Positions 28,689-38,598 are shown, counted from the first letter of the stretch. The stretch: 64,000 nucleotides of DNA from Deltaproteobacteria bacterium (GCA_052390235.1 JBQTHB010000003.1:160001-224000), one strand, 5' to 3'. Translations and numbers: made by a program. The notes: generated from the letters alone by a model not told the origin.

Positions 28689-29966
28689 TTATATGGAATT
28701 CTCTCCCATGGTTTCCCTCGCCGTTGATGCCCTTCGCAGCGGGGCTTTGATAAAAAATGCGGCTCCTGCGGCGATGTAGCAGAATACGACGGCAAGGGAG
28801 AAAGAATAGTGATAATTCCCGGCTATATCGTGTATGTAGCCCGCAAGCGGGGGGCCCGCCACTGCGGCAACGCAAAACGATGTGCCGAATACGCCGTAAA
28901 TCCCCCCGAGCGAGCGAAGCCCGAAAAACTGCCCAAGTAGCGTGGGGAACATCGGCACCCACCCGCTGTAGAAAAATCCGAACATCGCCCCAAATACGTA
29001 AAAAGCCGCTATCTCGCCAAAGCAGAGCAGAATTAGGAGCGAACTTCCCTGAAATAAAAAGCACAGGAACAGAACCTTTCTATGCTCTAAATACTCGGTG
29101 AGAATGCCCGATATTGTCAGCCTCCCTATGATGCTCCCAACCCCGATAAAAGCAGGCGCCCCTGAGGCGAGAAGCGGCGGGATGCCAGAGTCAATTGCGA
29201 AATTAAATAGGTGAATCACCACAATGAGAAAGGTCATAAACCCCAGAAAATACATCGAATACATGAGCCAGAACATGGGGGTTTGAACCGCCTCGCGCAC
29301 GCTCCAATTGAGGCTCTGCGGCGGCTCGCCCAGGGAGTTACCACCCATGGGCAGTTTCGGCTCATCTTCCCCATAGGGTTTTAAATTCTTATCGCTAGGG
29401 TAGCCCCTGATGACAAATGCCGCCATTATCGCGCACATTATAATCCCCGAGAGGATGAAAAAAGAATTTCTCACGCCGAAGGATGAAATGAGCCACGCGC
29501 TCAGGGGATTTACTATTAGCCCGCTAAGCGGCACGCCCGTTGTAACGATTCCTATGGCGAGCGCCCTTTTTTTAGCGAACCACCGGCTAACCACCGCCAC
29601 GCAGGGTATATATAAAACGCCGTCGCCAAGCCCCACCATCACGCCGTAGGTAACGTACAGATGCCACGGCACTGTGGCGAATCCCGAAAGGAGCATCCCA
29701 AGGACGGCAATTAGTCCTCCGCCGAATATGACGGCTCTGGGGTCGTACCTGTCAACCAGCCTTCCGGTGATTATCAGCGAGAGGGCAAACACCACAGAGC
29801 GCACCGAATATACGGAAGACCCCTCAGCCCTTGAGAATCCGAATCCCTCATTGAGATATGGGAGAAACACGCCGAAGGAGTAGAGCAGGAGACCGTCGGT
29901 AACCGTTAAGGCAAGGCACGCCGCCACGATAAACCAGCCGTAATAGACTTTCTTCTCAGACATCAA
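28689..29966 (-). CDS. MFS transporter (OFA/MCT-like)
   Basis: YYGW, YSFGVF, GRLVDRY motif A, VSRWF.KKRALA; about 12 TM helices. Confidence 0.92.
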   Translation of the reverse strand: MMSEKKVYYGWFIVAACLALTVTDGLLLYSFGVFLPYLNEGFGFSRAEGSSVYSVRSVVFALSLIITGRLVDRYDPRAVIFGGGLIAVLGMLLSGFATVPWHLYVTYGVMVGLGDGVLYIPCVAVVSRWFAKKRALAIGIVTTGVPLSGLIVNPLSAWLISSFGVRNSFFILSGIIMCAIMAAFVIRGYPSDKNLKPYGEDEPKLPMGGNSLGEPPQSLNWSVREAVQTPMFWLMYSMYFLGFMTFLIVVIHLFNFAIDSGIPPLLASGAPAFIGVGSIIGRLTISGILTEYLEHRKVLFLCFLFQGSSLLILLCFGEIAAFYVFGAMFGFFYSGWVPMFPTLLGQFFGLRSLGGIYGVFGTSFCVAAVAGPPLAGYIHDIAGNYHYSFSLAVVFCYIAAGAAFFIKAPLRRASTARETMGENSI

Positions 29967-30201
29967 TTTTCCCCAAGAATCCCCGGTCGGATTGAGAATT
30001 CGGCGCGGCGGCCGGTTGGGCAGATAATTTCAGAGCTAAGCTAAACATTGGACGTGAGATAATACCTGAGAATATAGGGCGAAGAAGAAGGGAGTATCTA
30101 TGCGCGGGGGTTGCATATTATTGCGAGCAGAGCGGAAGCCGTGAAACAGTTCTACTGCCCGCGCGTGGCAGCCGGATAAAAATGGGTTATTCGTATGGGC
30201 G

Positions 30202-31542
30202 CTAAATCCCCCTGCCGGAGCGCAGCACTAGGGTCTTAATGCTCTCCTCGCCCAAAGCCGCAATTAGAGAATCATCGGCCCTTTGCATAATCTCGTCAAC
30301 CTCCGGCACTGAGGCAAGCCTGCCCTCCATTAAATTATGCCCCCCGCCCCCCACCCTTGCCGAATCCAGTACCTCTTTAAGCCCTATGGTGTCAATATCC
30401 TTAGCCGGAAGGTAAGAGGGCGGGTCGTCTCCGGTTTCAGCAATAAGCCCCCTAGCCTCAAGACGGCTCACTGAGGTCTCCACAGGCTCCTCGGGAATCC
30501 CAAGATAGTCCACAAGAGAGTGCAGAGTCCAGCGCGGGAGGTTGTGATGGTGGTTATAACCGATGAGATACATCACCATGAGCGAGACCTTCTCCCTAAG
30601 ACGGTGGCTCAGGGAAAACGACTCTTTATTGAGGGTGAGAAATTTCAGATTCTGATGGCAGAACGAAATCTGCGCCCCAATGAGCAGTATAAGCCAGCTT
30701 AAATAGAGCCAAAGCATAAACACCACAAGCACGGCAAAACCCGAATATATGGCGGTATATCGGGTTGAAGACGCCACAAATGAGGCGAACCCCCAGCCTA
30801 TGGTCTGCCACAGCACCCCTGCGACAACCCCTCCCAGAAGCGCGGAGCGGATTTTTACCTTGGTGTTTGGAATCACTACATAGACAAACGTGAACGCGAG
30901 GCTAATGAATATGTAGGGGCCGAGCTTGCTCAGGAAGTAAATCAGTGAGCCGAAAGGCTCGATGGCTAGGAGCTTCACCACAACGGTGTTGCTCTTTACG
31001 GTCGCCGTAAGCCCGATGGCGCTGAAAAGAAGCGCTGGCCCTATGAGGAGAGTGCTTATGTAGTCGCTGAAGCGGCGGGCGATGCTTCTCATCCTCTGGA
31101 TTTTCCAGATGTGGTTGAGGGATTTTTCCATCTTGTAAATCAGCTCGACAACCGTATAGAGGAGCATCCCAAGCCCTATCGAGCCGAGAACGCCGACTTT
31201 CATATTCTCGACGAACTCCAAAATTTTTCCCGTAATTTCAACCCCCTGCTCCCCAAGCGGGGCAAGGAAATTGTACAGCAGAGGCTCAAGCTCATTGTGG
31301 ACGCCGAACGCCTTGAGTATCGAGAAGCTAAATGCCAGAAGCGGCACAAGCGAGAGCAAAGTGGTATAGACCAGACTCATCGCCCGAAGCGTAAGCTCTC
31401 GGTCGCGGAACTCGTGCAGGGATACATAAACGAGCCGGAGCGTGTTGATGGTAAAAGCGCGCCTGCCGCCCTCCAGTTTCGTGTCAACCGACCAAATATC
31501 TCTTTCAAAAAAATTATTTATCCTGCGAACCAGAGGCGTCAT
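30202..31542 (-). CDS. YihY/BrkB family membrane protein with C-terminal winged-helix-like domain
   Basis: SLVYTTLLSLVPLLA, LNHIW, PNTKV, IYSGFA..LWLYLSW. Confidence 0.9.
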   Translation of the reverse strand: MTPLVRRINNFFERDIWSVDTKLEGGRRAFTINTLRLVYVSLHEFRDRELTLRAMSLVYTTLLSLVPLLAFSFSILKAFGVHNELEPLLYNFLAPLGEQGVEITGKILEFVENMKVGVLGSIGLGMLLYTVVELIYKMEKSLNHIWKIQRMRSIARRFSDYISTLLIGPALLFSAIGLTATVKSNTVVVKLLAIEPFGSLIYFLSKLGPYIFISLAFTFVYVVIPNTKVKIRSALLGGVVAGVLWQTIGWGFASFVASSTRYTAIYSGFAVLVVFMLWLYLSWLILLIGAQISFCHQNLKFLTLNKESFSLSHRLREKVSLMVMYLIGYNHHHNLPRWTLHSLVDYLGIPEEPVETSVSRLEARGLIAETGDDPPSYLPAKDIDTIGLKEVLDSARVGGGGHNLMEGRLASVPEVDEIMQRADDSLIAALGEESIKTLVLRSGRGI

Positions 31543-31580
31543 CGTATTTATGTTTCCACTTAGAGTCAGATACAAAAATT

Positions 31581-32183
31581 TTATCGGCTAAATTGAAGAC
31601 GGCCGTCAATGCGGTAAATCGCCCGGTCTTTTTTGGCGCGAAGAGTCATGGAGATGGGCTCGTCAAGCTCGTCCAATCCGACGAATATACGGGTGAACGC
31701 CTCTCCTCCCACGGGCTTGCCTCCTGCGAGGGTTAGGAAAATACTTCTATCTAAAAAAGCGCCTTTCACGGCGGCCCTGATTTTTTCCCCTATTTCTTTT
31801 TCCTCTTCCTCTCCGACGGGGGCAAATCCGTAAACAGGAAAGTGGTCAATAATGGCTTGGTTGAGAGCGGCGGCGGCGGCGTATCCGTCCTTAATCTGAT
31901 TTTTACTGCGAAGGTCGTTGTCGAATGCCAGAACAAAGACCCCTGCCATTCCTATGCCGCCCGCATCGCGCTGGAAACGCCCGACCGAGGCGGGGATGGC
32001 GACGGCATCTCCCCTGCCAGCTTTGGGGAGCTTTCCCTGAAGCGGGTCAACTGTAACGACAAACTCGCGGCTGTTGATGGTCTCTAGGCTCAGGACTATG
32101 TACATGGGCCAGAGCCTAGGCTCGTCGCGGGCGATGTCGGCTTTTTTCACCACTGTGAGTGTGCGAAGCTCTAAATTAACCAT
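31581..32183 (-). CDS. Hypothetical protein
   Basis: 200-aa ORF with GGAGG RBS. Confidence 0.7.
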   Translation of the reverse strand: MVNLELRTLTVVKKADIARDEPRLWPMYIVLSLETINSREFVVTVDPLQGKLPKAGRGDAVAIPASVGRFQRDAGGIGMAGVFVLAFDNDLRSKNQIKDGYAAAAALNQAIIDHFPVYGFAPVGEEEEKEIGEKIRAAVKGAFLDRSIFLTLAGGKPVGGEAFTRIFVGLDELDEPISMTLRAKKDRAIYRIDGRLQFSR

Positions 32184-32317
32184 TGGGGGTAACCTCCGAA
32201 TAAATTTTTCTTCCGAGAAATATAGGTGGCAGATTGGCAATCCATCATAGTATTTCGTATAAATCCGCAAATCACAATCCATAAAATTCACGCCGCTCCA
32301 TCCCCAGATTAGCCCTA

Positions 32318-32346
32318 TTGACAAGCCCCAGCTTTTTGAATACGAT
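32318..32346 (+). promoter_or_regulatory. sigma70 consensus promoter with no sense CDS downstream
   Basis: TTGACA-17nt-TACGAT. Confidence 0.5.
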
Positions 32347-32490
32347 AGCTATTATCAATATCACGCAAAGCCCCGCGCCTGCTCCCTCGTTTTACGGTCA
32401 TTTGACCAGGCGCTCTAGGCAGGAGCGACGACGCGGACGCGCCTCCGATGTTGCAGGAATTTTAGATTAATTTAAGGGATGGAGGAGTCT

Positions 32491-32898
32491 CTATTCAAAA
32501 GGCGCGGCGCCGAAATCCGGGGAGATGCGCCATCCGTCCTTAGCCTTAATCCAAACGTCCTCAACAAGGGCGGTCTTCTCGGAAACCGACGGGTATTTAT
32601 AATAGTCTATAGAAACCCTCACCAGGGCTTCGACGCTCTGCTCGGGGAGGCGGATTTCTTTAATCTCAACACTCGTAATGTTTAGGCTCTCGCCGGATGC
32701 TTGAATAAATCTCTCGTATTCGGCGCGCTTGGATTCATCAACAAGCGCAGAGGATCTATCGTAATATTTCCACTTAAACAACTTGTAATACAGGGAAGCG
32801 GCCGAGGCTAGGGATTCTTTGCTCGGGCCTGATTTTCCCGCAAGAGCGCAGGAGGAGAGAAATAAAACCGCAATCAATGCGCAAAGGAGTATCTTCAT
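32491..32898 (-). CDS. Lipoprotein of unknown function (NTF2-like by pattern)
   Basis: Lipobox LSSC; C-terminal W....DGWRI. Confidence 0.75.
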   Translation of the reverse strand: MKILLCALIAVLFLSSCALAGKSGPSKESLASAASLYYKLFKWKYYDRSSALVDESKRAEYERFIQASGESLNITSVEIKEIRLPEQSVEALVRVSIDYYKYPSVSEKTALVEDVWIKAKDGWRISPDFGAAPFE

Positions 32899-32962
32899 AC
32901 GTTCCCTAGGGCGTGGAGAAGGGGCGAGCGCGCTCCAAGCGGCGTCCGCCCCGGAAGCGATT

Positions 32963-33286
32963 TTAGATTTTTGCCTGAAGTAGGAACGTGATGGCTAGGG
33001 CGTAAATTACGAGAGATTCGATAAGAGCAAGACCGATAATCATAGGGGTCTGAATCTTTGATGCCGCTCCCGGATTGCGGGCGATGCCGCTTAGAGCCGC
33101 CGCAGTGGCTCTACCCTGTCCCAAGCCTCCGAATCCCGCCGCGATTCCTATTCCTAGACCACTGCCCAGGGCAAGTCCGAGCTTAGCTAACTCTCCCGTG
33201 CCACCGTCCTGGGCGAAGGCATTCGGAACAAAAACGGCTATAGCCGCAACTCCCGCCATCGCAAGCAATGAAAGAAACCGTCTCAT
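32963..33286 (-). CDS. atpE: F0F1 ATP synthase subunit c
   Basis: GxGxGxxxxGxGQG, ARNP loop, LIESLVIY; N-terminal signal-like extension. Confidence 0.96.
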   Translation of the reverse strand: MRRFLSLLAMAGVAAIAVFVPNAFAQDGGTGELAKLGLALGSGLGIGIAAGFGGLGQGRATAAALSGIARNPGAASKIQTPMIIGLALIESLVIYALAITFLLQAKI

Positions 33287-33327
33287 TAATATTTACCTCC
33301 TTATGGTAATAAATTTATTTTCCACAT

Positions 33328-34020
33328 TTAGTGATGCTCATGGGCAACGGAAAGCGAAATGTATATGGCCGATAGAACCGTAAACACAAACGCCTGAAGC
33401 AACGATACAAAAAGACCAAGCCCGACGAAAATAGCCGGTATTACTATATGCGTAAGCTCGGTGAATATTCCAAGCACCAGATGGTCTCCAGTCATGTTCC
33501 AAAACAGACGGAGCGACAGAGACGCCGGGCGCACAAGGTGGCTTATTATCTCGATGATTATCATTAAAGGGGCTAAAAAAAGCACGGGCCCTGCAAAGTG
33601 CTTCAGGTATGAGATACCGTGTTCTTTAAACCCGTAGTAGTTGTACATGACGAATATCACGAGACCGCACGCCACAGTGGTATTAAAATTTCCGGTAGGG
33701 GAAAGAAATCCGGGTATCAGCCCCATGAGATTCGAGAATAAAATAAAGAAAAAAGACGTCGCGAGAAGCGGGAAATATTTCATTGCCTTTTCCCTCGACC
33801 CCATTATTCCCGTGAAAAGGTCAAGCAGGAAGTCGAGGCTTAAAATCTCAAAAACCGTCCTAAAAGAGAGCTTCGCCTCGGGTAGAATGGAATCTCTTTT
33901 CGAGAGGTTTTCCCTGATTTTACGCCCAGCATAGATTAAAAAAGCGATAACTATTATCGCGCTTAAAACATGGTCGTAATGCCCTAAACCAATCAAAGTA
34001 AACCAGCTAAAGTGTTCCAT
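33328..34020 (-). CDS. atpB: F0F1 ATP synthase subunit a
   Basis: SNLMGLIPG, IEIISH..RP.SLSLRLF.NM.GDH, LQAFVF. Confidence 0.96.
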   Translation of the reverse strand: MEHFSWFTLIGLGHYDHVLSAIIVIAFLIYAGRKIRENLSKRDSILPEAKLSFRTVFEILSLDFLLDLFTGIMGSREKAMKYFPLLATSFFFILFSNLMGLIPGFLSPTGNFNTTVACGLVIFVMYNYYGFKEHGISYLKHFAGPVLFLAPLMIIIEIISHLVRPASLSLRLFWNMTGDHLVLGIFTELTHIVIPAIFVGLGLFVSLLQAFVFTVLSAIYISLSVAHEHH

Positions 34021-34393
34021 TCGAGCTTCCTTTCAGGCTTTCTCCTATTATGACCAGCACCACTCCCGTAACCCCTATAAAAAAACCATAGATGTTGACC
34101 TTTGTAAATAAGAACAGAAAAACTACAGCCCCTACCAAAACCAGCAGTTTTATAAGAAGCACAAATATGCTGAATCCCTTAGAGTAGGCGTTGCCAATAA
34201 TGGAGGCAACGATAAACTTTATAGCGAGAAAATTGGCTACAACCATCAGCCCGCCTACAGCGGCGCCGTATGCAAGCTCCCTTGAGCCGATAAGTAAGTT
34301 TGCAACCGCGATAATCACGGTAACTATTAGACCCGCTTTTTCCACCCTGCCGAGAACACTAATTTTTGCTGGAGTCGTCGTCTGCGTCGTCAT
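34007..34393 (-). CDS. atpI: ATP synthase protein I
   Basis: Four TM helices, GG...ANF motif, position directly upstream of atpB. Confidence 0.8.
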   Translation of the reverse strand: MTTQTTTPAKISVLGRVEKAGLIVTVIIAVANLLIGSRELAYGAAVGGLMVVANFLAIKFIVASIIGNAYSKGFSIFVLLIKLLVLVGAVVFLFLFTKVNIYGFFIGVTGVVLVIIGESLKGSSNGTL

Positions 34394-34592
34394 TTGTTTT
34401 TCTCAAGACCCTAATTAGAAACGTAAAGCCAGATGCGACTCCGGCTAAGAGTCCCACGAGGGCAAACACCGGAGTTTCCATCTCCATCCACTCATCGGCA
34501 TAAGAACCAAGAATCAGACCCGCGAGTATGGACACCGCAAGCTGAGTCCCTACGGCAAAATATATAACCCATCCAGTATGCTTGTTATTAAC
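34359..34592 (-). CDS. atpZ: AtpZ/AtpI (gene 1) family protein, start codon uncertain; absent from the ORF track
   Basis: Manual translation ...GWVIYFAVGTQLAVSILAGLILGSYADEWMEMETPVFALVGLLAGVASGFTFLIRVLRK...-stop fits the G..lD.w..t.P.f.lvG..lG..aGf pattern; position upstream of atpI. Confidence 0.8.
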   Translation of the reverse strand, partial: VNNKHTGWVIYFAVGTQLAVSILAGLILGSYADEWMEMETPVFALVGLLAGVASGFTFLIRVLRKTNDDADDDSSKN

Positions 34593-34612
34593 CTTAGAGC
34601 ACCCCCAAATGG

Positions 34613-35908
34613 CTATTTAGCGAGCTTTTTAAGCGCGCCGTATGCGGCTTTAAGGGTCAATTCCAGCTCCGCTTCAGTGTGCGCGCTCGACACGAAAACC
34701 GCCTCGAACTGCGAAGGCGGAAACATAATACCAGCGTCGAGCATATTTTTAAAGAACCCAGAATACATTTTCGTATCAGCCCTAAGAGCCGAGGCATAGT
34801 CAGCAACCTCATGCTCGGTAAAAAACAGGGTAAAGAGCGAGCCTGCGGAGTTTATCCGCGCTTTAATGTGCAATTTGGCAAGTATTTCCCTGAGTCCGCC
34901 AACTAAATCGCGGGTTACCCCGTCGAGCCTCTTATGGAAACCCCTCTCTTTGATTTTGTTGATAGTTGCAATTCCCGCCGCCATTGCCAGTGGGTTTCCC
35001 GATAGAGTTCCCGCCTGATACACCGGGCCAATTGGGGATATAAGGCTCATTATCTCCCGCCTGCCGCCGTAAGCCCCGACCGGAACGCCCCCCCCTATTA
35101 TCTTGCCGAGGCAGGTGATGTCGGGCGTAACGCCATAGGTTTTCTGCGCCCCTCCGAGGCTCAGGCGAAAACCCGATATAACCTCGTCGAAAATTAGCAG
35201 AGAGCCAGAATTCAGGGTGATTTCTCTGAGTTTTTGAAGGAATCCCTCTTTAGGGAGTACGACTCCCATGTTTGCCGCCACAGGCTCGATGATAACGGCG
35301 GCGATTTTATTTCGATACTCGGCAAAAAGCCTCTCCACGGAGGAAATATCGTTGTATTGAGCAATTAGCGTCTTAGCGGTAAATTCCTGCGGCACTCCGG
35401 GACTGCTCGGAGTTCCAAAAGTGGTCGCGCCGGAGCCGGCTTTAACCAGCAGGTAGTCTGCGTGTCCGTGGTAGCATCCCTCGAATTTCACTATATAATC
35501 GCGCCCCGTATAGGCTCTGCCGAGCCTTACAGCGCTCATTGTCGCCTCAGTGCCTGAGCTTGTCAGGCGCACCATTTCAACCGAGGCAAACGCCTTTACC
35601 ACGAGACTGGCAAGAGTGATTTCTTCTTCGCACGGAGCGCCGTAGCTCGTTCCCCTCCCAGCCGCACTTTTAATCGCCGACACTACGTCGGGGTGGGCGT
35701 GTCCGAGAATTAGAGGCCCCCAAGAGCCGATATAGTCAACGTACTTATTGCCGTCTTTATCGTAAATCCAAGCGCCTTGGGCTTTTTCAACAAAAATCGG
35801 CGTGCCTCCGACGGCGCGGAACGAGCGGACGGGACTATTTACGCCCCCTGGCATGATGCGCTCGGCGGTTTTATAGAGCTTTTTTGAGTTCACTACTTTT
35901 GATTTCAT
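34613..35908 (-). CDS. hemL: Glutamate-1-semialdehyde 2,1-aminomutase
   Basis: PGGVNSPVR, SGTEATM, YHGH, FDEVISGFR, GKIIGGG, YQAGTLSGNP. Confidence 0.98.
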   Translation of the reverse strand: MKSKVVNSKKLYKTAERIMPGGVNSPVRSFRAVGGTPIFVEKAQGAWIYDKDGNKYVDYIGSWGPLILGHAHPDVVSAIKSAAGRGTSYGAPCEEEITLASLVVKAFASVEMVRLTSSGTEATMSAVRLGRAYTGRDYIVKFEGCYHGHADYLLVKAGSGATTFGTPSSPGVPQEFTAKTLIAQYNDISSVERLFAEYRNKIAAVIIEPVAANMGVVLPKEGFLQKLREITLNSGSLLIFDEVISGFRLSLGGAQKTYGVTPDITCLGKIIGGGVPVGAYGGRREIMSLISPIGPVYQAGTLSGNPLAMAAGIATINKIKERGFHKRLDGVTRDLVGGLREILAKLHIKARINSAGSLFTLFFTEHEVADYASALRADTKMYSGFFKNMLDAGIMFPPSQFEAVFVSSAHTEAELELTLKAAYGALKKLAK

Positions 35909-35992
35909 AACAATATGATTTTCGGACGGGCAGACGACTCGGTATCAATGAACACGGAATGCGCCGAAATGTCAACAAACCTGGGGAGGCAC

Positions 35993-36040
35993 AAAAAGAA
36001 GAGGGTAAGGAAGAGGCAATATCCCCCTCCTTACCCCCTC
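35993..36040 (-). terminator. Intrinsic terminator of the pal-like/cpoB cluster
   Basis: Minus strand GAGGGGGTAAGGAGGGG...CCTCTTCCTTACCCTCTTCTTTTT. Confidence 0.75.
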
Positions 36041-36055
36041 GCATAGAGATTTTAG

Positions 36056-36793
36056 TTATAGCGCAGGTTCGTCGTTGATTATGTAAATCCTTGCGCCCGG
36101 AGCGGATCCCGGATTAACCGGAATGAATCTGGCCCTCCTGTTGAGCTGATAAGACTCTTCAGTCGTGCCTTCTCCGAATTTAGAGGTTTCCCCTCTGCTG
36201 ACCGTATCAATCCTGCTGGGGTCAATGCCAAGCTGTACTAGATAGGACTTTGTTGAATCTGCCCTTCTCTGAGCTAGCGCCAAGTTGTATTCGTCCGTAC
36301 CCCTGATGTCGGCGTATCCTTCTACGACAACCCTTAGATTCGGATTACTCTTAAGTGTTTCGGCGTTTTCCTGAAGCACTGGCTCGGCATCAGGTCTGAT
36401 AGCCGCTCTGTCATAGTCGAAGAATATGTCCTTAAGCCCGTACTCAGTTTCCACCGGCGGAAGAGGAGGAGGAGGAGCTATAGGGGTCTCCTTCGAGGCG
36501 AGACATTTAAAGCGAGCTTCGTCCGCTTTAGCCTTGGCGTCGGCTAGAAGTCTTTTGGCTTCAAGCTCGGCGCAGAATTCACCGGCAAGGGCTTTTGCCT
36601 TTGCAAGAGCCGCCTCGGCTGCCGCGCATTCCGCGGGAGCGCAGTCAGGGCATCCAGCCGCTTTAGCCGCCGCCACAGCCGCCTCAGCATCGGCTATTTC
36701 CTGAGGTGTGGGAGGAACATTCGCACAACTCACAATGTACATCAAACCAACCAGCATAAGGGGAAGAACCGTATAGAGTTTAACCCTTTTCAT
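36056..36793 (-). CDS. Pal/OmpA-like peptidoglycan-associated lipoprotein with Cys-containing helical N-domain (DUF4398-like)
   Basis: Lipobox IVSC; IFFDYD, EGYADIRGT.EYNLAL..RRA, NRRA. Confidence 0.88.
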   Translation of the reverse strand: MKRVKLYTVLPLMLVGLMYIVSCANVPPTPQEIADAEAAVAAAKAAGCPDCAPAECAAAEAALAKAKALAGEFCAELEAKRLLADAKAKADEARFKCLASKETPIAPPPPLPPVETEYGLKDIFFDYDRAAIRPDAEPVLQENAETLKSNPNLRVVVEGYADIRGTDEYNLALAQRRADSTKSYLVQLGIDPSRIDTVSRGETSKFGEGTTEESYQLNRRARFIPVNPGSAPGARIYIINDEPAL

Positions 36794-36841
36794 CTAATTT
36801 ACCCTCCTTATAAGAGAATTATTATTTACATCATATAACAT

Positions 36842-37600
36842 TTAATTTTTTCTTGCAAGTTCTTTCAGTTTCTCTCTAGCTACTTTGGCTTCTTCGGATT
36901 TAGGGAACTTATCAATCAGCGTCTGAAGAAACAGCTTCGCCTCCTCGTTTCTATCTATGCTGATGAGGGCAAGCCCCTGCTTTAGATAAGAAAGCGGCAC
37001 TCGCTCGTCCTTCGTATAGCCATCTATAAACTTCTGAAATTCCAGAATTGATTCCTCAAACTTACCCTCCCTGTAATAGGACTCAGCAATCCAATAAACG
37101 GTGCTTGCCGAATCGGGAGAGTTGGGATTGCTCCTTAGAAACTGGGTAAAAAGCTCCCTAGCCCTTTTATATTTCCCCTCGCCGAGGTTCTTATAGGCCT
37201 CGACATATATCTTATTTTCGGGGGGAGTGGCAGTAGCGCCATCCGAGGACTGCAAGGTCGTATCCCCGACTATTGTCGGCGGGGTGGTCGGCGCGGCTTG
37301 AATAGAAGAGAGCCTCTGATTCAACTGCGATAGAGCGTCCCTCAGTTCGGAGTAAGAGCCTTCGATGGCTCTAATTCTATCTTCAATTCGAGCCAGCTGC
37401 TCTCTTAGCGCCGTGGTGTCGTTGGTGTCCTGAGCCTCTCGGCGAACCTGCTCTAAGTCCTGATATATCTGATTCACCCTATTTTCGAGGTTTATCTGCC
37501 TAGAATAGACGCTCCTCACGTCTTCGTTTGTCGCGACACCGGCGCATCCGACCGAAACAGATAGGAGTAACAGAGCTGAGGAAGCAATTTTGAGTCTCAT
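36842..37600 (-). CDS. cpoB: Tol-Pal system TPR protein CpoB/YbgF
   Basis: Lipobox SVGC, coiled coil, TPRs with YWIAESYY and LKQG..FPKS. Confidence 0.9.
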   Translation of the reverse strand: MRLKIASSALLLLSVSVGCAGVATNEDVRSVYSRQINLENRVNQIYQDLEQVRREAQDTNDTTALREQLARIEDRIRAIEGSYSELRDALSQLNQRLSSIQAAPTTPPTIVGDTTLQSSDGATATPPENKIYVEAYKNLGEGKYKRARELFTQFLRSNPNSPDSASTVYWIAESYYREGKFEESILEFQKFIDGYTKDERVPLSYLKQGLALISIDRNEEAKLFLQTLIDKFPKSEEAKVAREKLKELARKN

Positions 37601-37613
37601 TTTATTTTCTCGG

Positions 37614-38354
37614 TTAATTATCCGCCGAAGCCCTAGGGGAAGAGGAGGAAACCACTACGAAATGCGCCCTTCTGTTCTGCTGATAGGCAGATTCGGTAGC
37701 CCCCGGAGACCACTGCTCGGTCTCCCCTTTGCTTACGGACTGCACCACAGATGGAGACACGCCAAGCCCAACGAGATACGCTCTAATGGAATCGGCTCTC
37801 TTCTGACCAAGGGCGAGGTTATACTCTTCCGTGCCGCGGACATCGCAGTATCCTTCTACGGCAACGAGCTTGAAGCTGGGGTTGGCTTTTATTATCCCTG
37901 CATTTTGCTTAAGCACCGGGATGGAATCGGGGTTCACATTGGAGCTGTCGTAGTCGAAAAATACGTCAACGAGGCCAAAATTAGAGCCGGGCAACTTATC
38001 CCCCTTCATCTGCTCCAGTTCCTGCTCCTTAGCGATAATCTCTCCTTCGGTCATCTCCATCTGAGATTTTGCTATTAGGGCTTTTCCCTTCGCCTCTATG
38101 GCTTTGTATCGGGCTTGCACCAGAAGCTCTCTGGCCTCTTTATATTTCCCCTGAGCCATTAGTTCTTTGGCTTTATTTAAAAGCTCCTCGGCTTGACGGT
38201 ACTCCTCGGCGGCAAATTCCTCTGCTCCGGCTTCTTTAGCCGCCTTAAGCGCGGCTTCGGCGTCTCCGAGTTCTCTGTCGTATTTGTCACCGCAAGCCCC
38301 AAGATACAGGGCGAGAGTCAGAACCGTAAGGGTCAGTAAAACAAACTTTCTCAT
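37614..38354 (-). CDS. Second Pal/OmpA-like lipoprotein with DUF4398-like N-domain
   Basis: Lipobox LGAC; AEAALKAAKEAGA..FA..EY..A; VFFDYD, EGYCDVRGTEEYNLALGQKRA, NRRA. Confidence 0.9.
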   Translation of the reverse strand: MRKFVLLTLTVLTLALYLGACGDKYDRELGDAEAALKAAKEAGAEEFAAEEYRQAEELLNKAKELMAQGKYKEARELLVQARYKAIEAKGKALIAKSQMEMTEGEIIAKEQELEQMKGDKLPGSNFGLVDVFFDYDSSNVNPDSIPVLKQNAGIIKANPSFKLVAVEGYCDVRGTEEYNLALGQKRADSIRAYLVGLGVSPSVVQSVSKGETEQWSPGATESAYQQNRRAHFVVVSSSSPRASADN

Positions 38355-38598
38355 AAATTCCTCCCAAGTGCGTTAACGGAAACACGGTTAATTATAAGAT
38401 TTCTACCCTATTTTGAATTTTAAGTCAATAGCATTTATTGCTCTAGGTTGAGCTATTTCGCGGTATTCGGTTATAGACGAGAGTTTTTTTAATGGAAATG
38501 ATAATTATAAATAAATAGAGATAAAATTCATCCCCCCTGACAATTTGACCATGAGTTCAATTTATGATATTGTTGACCTAGGATGGGAAATAAATATA

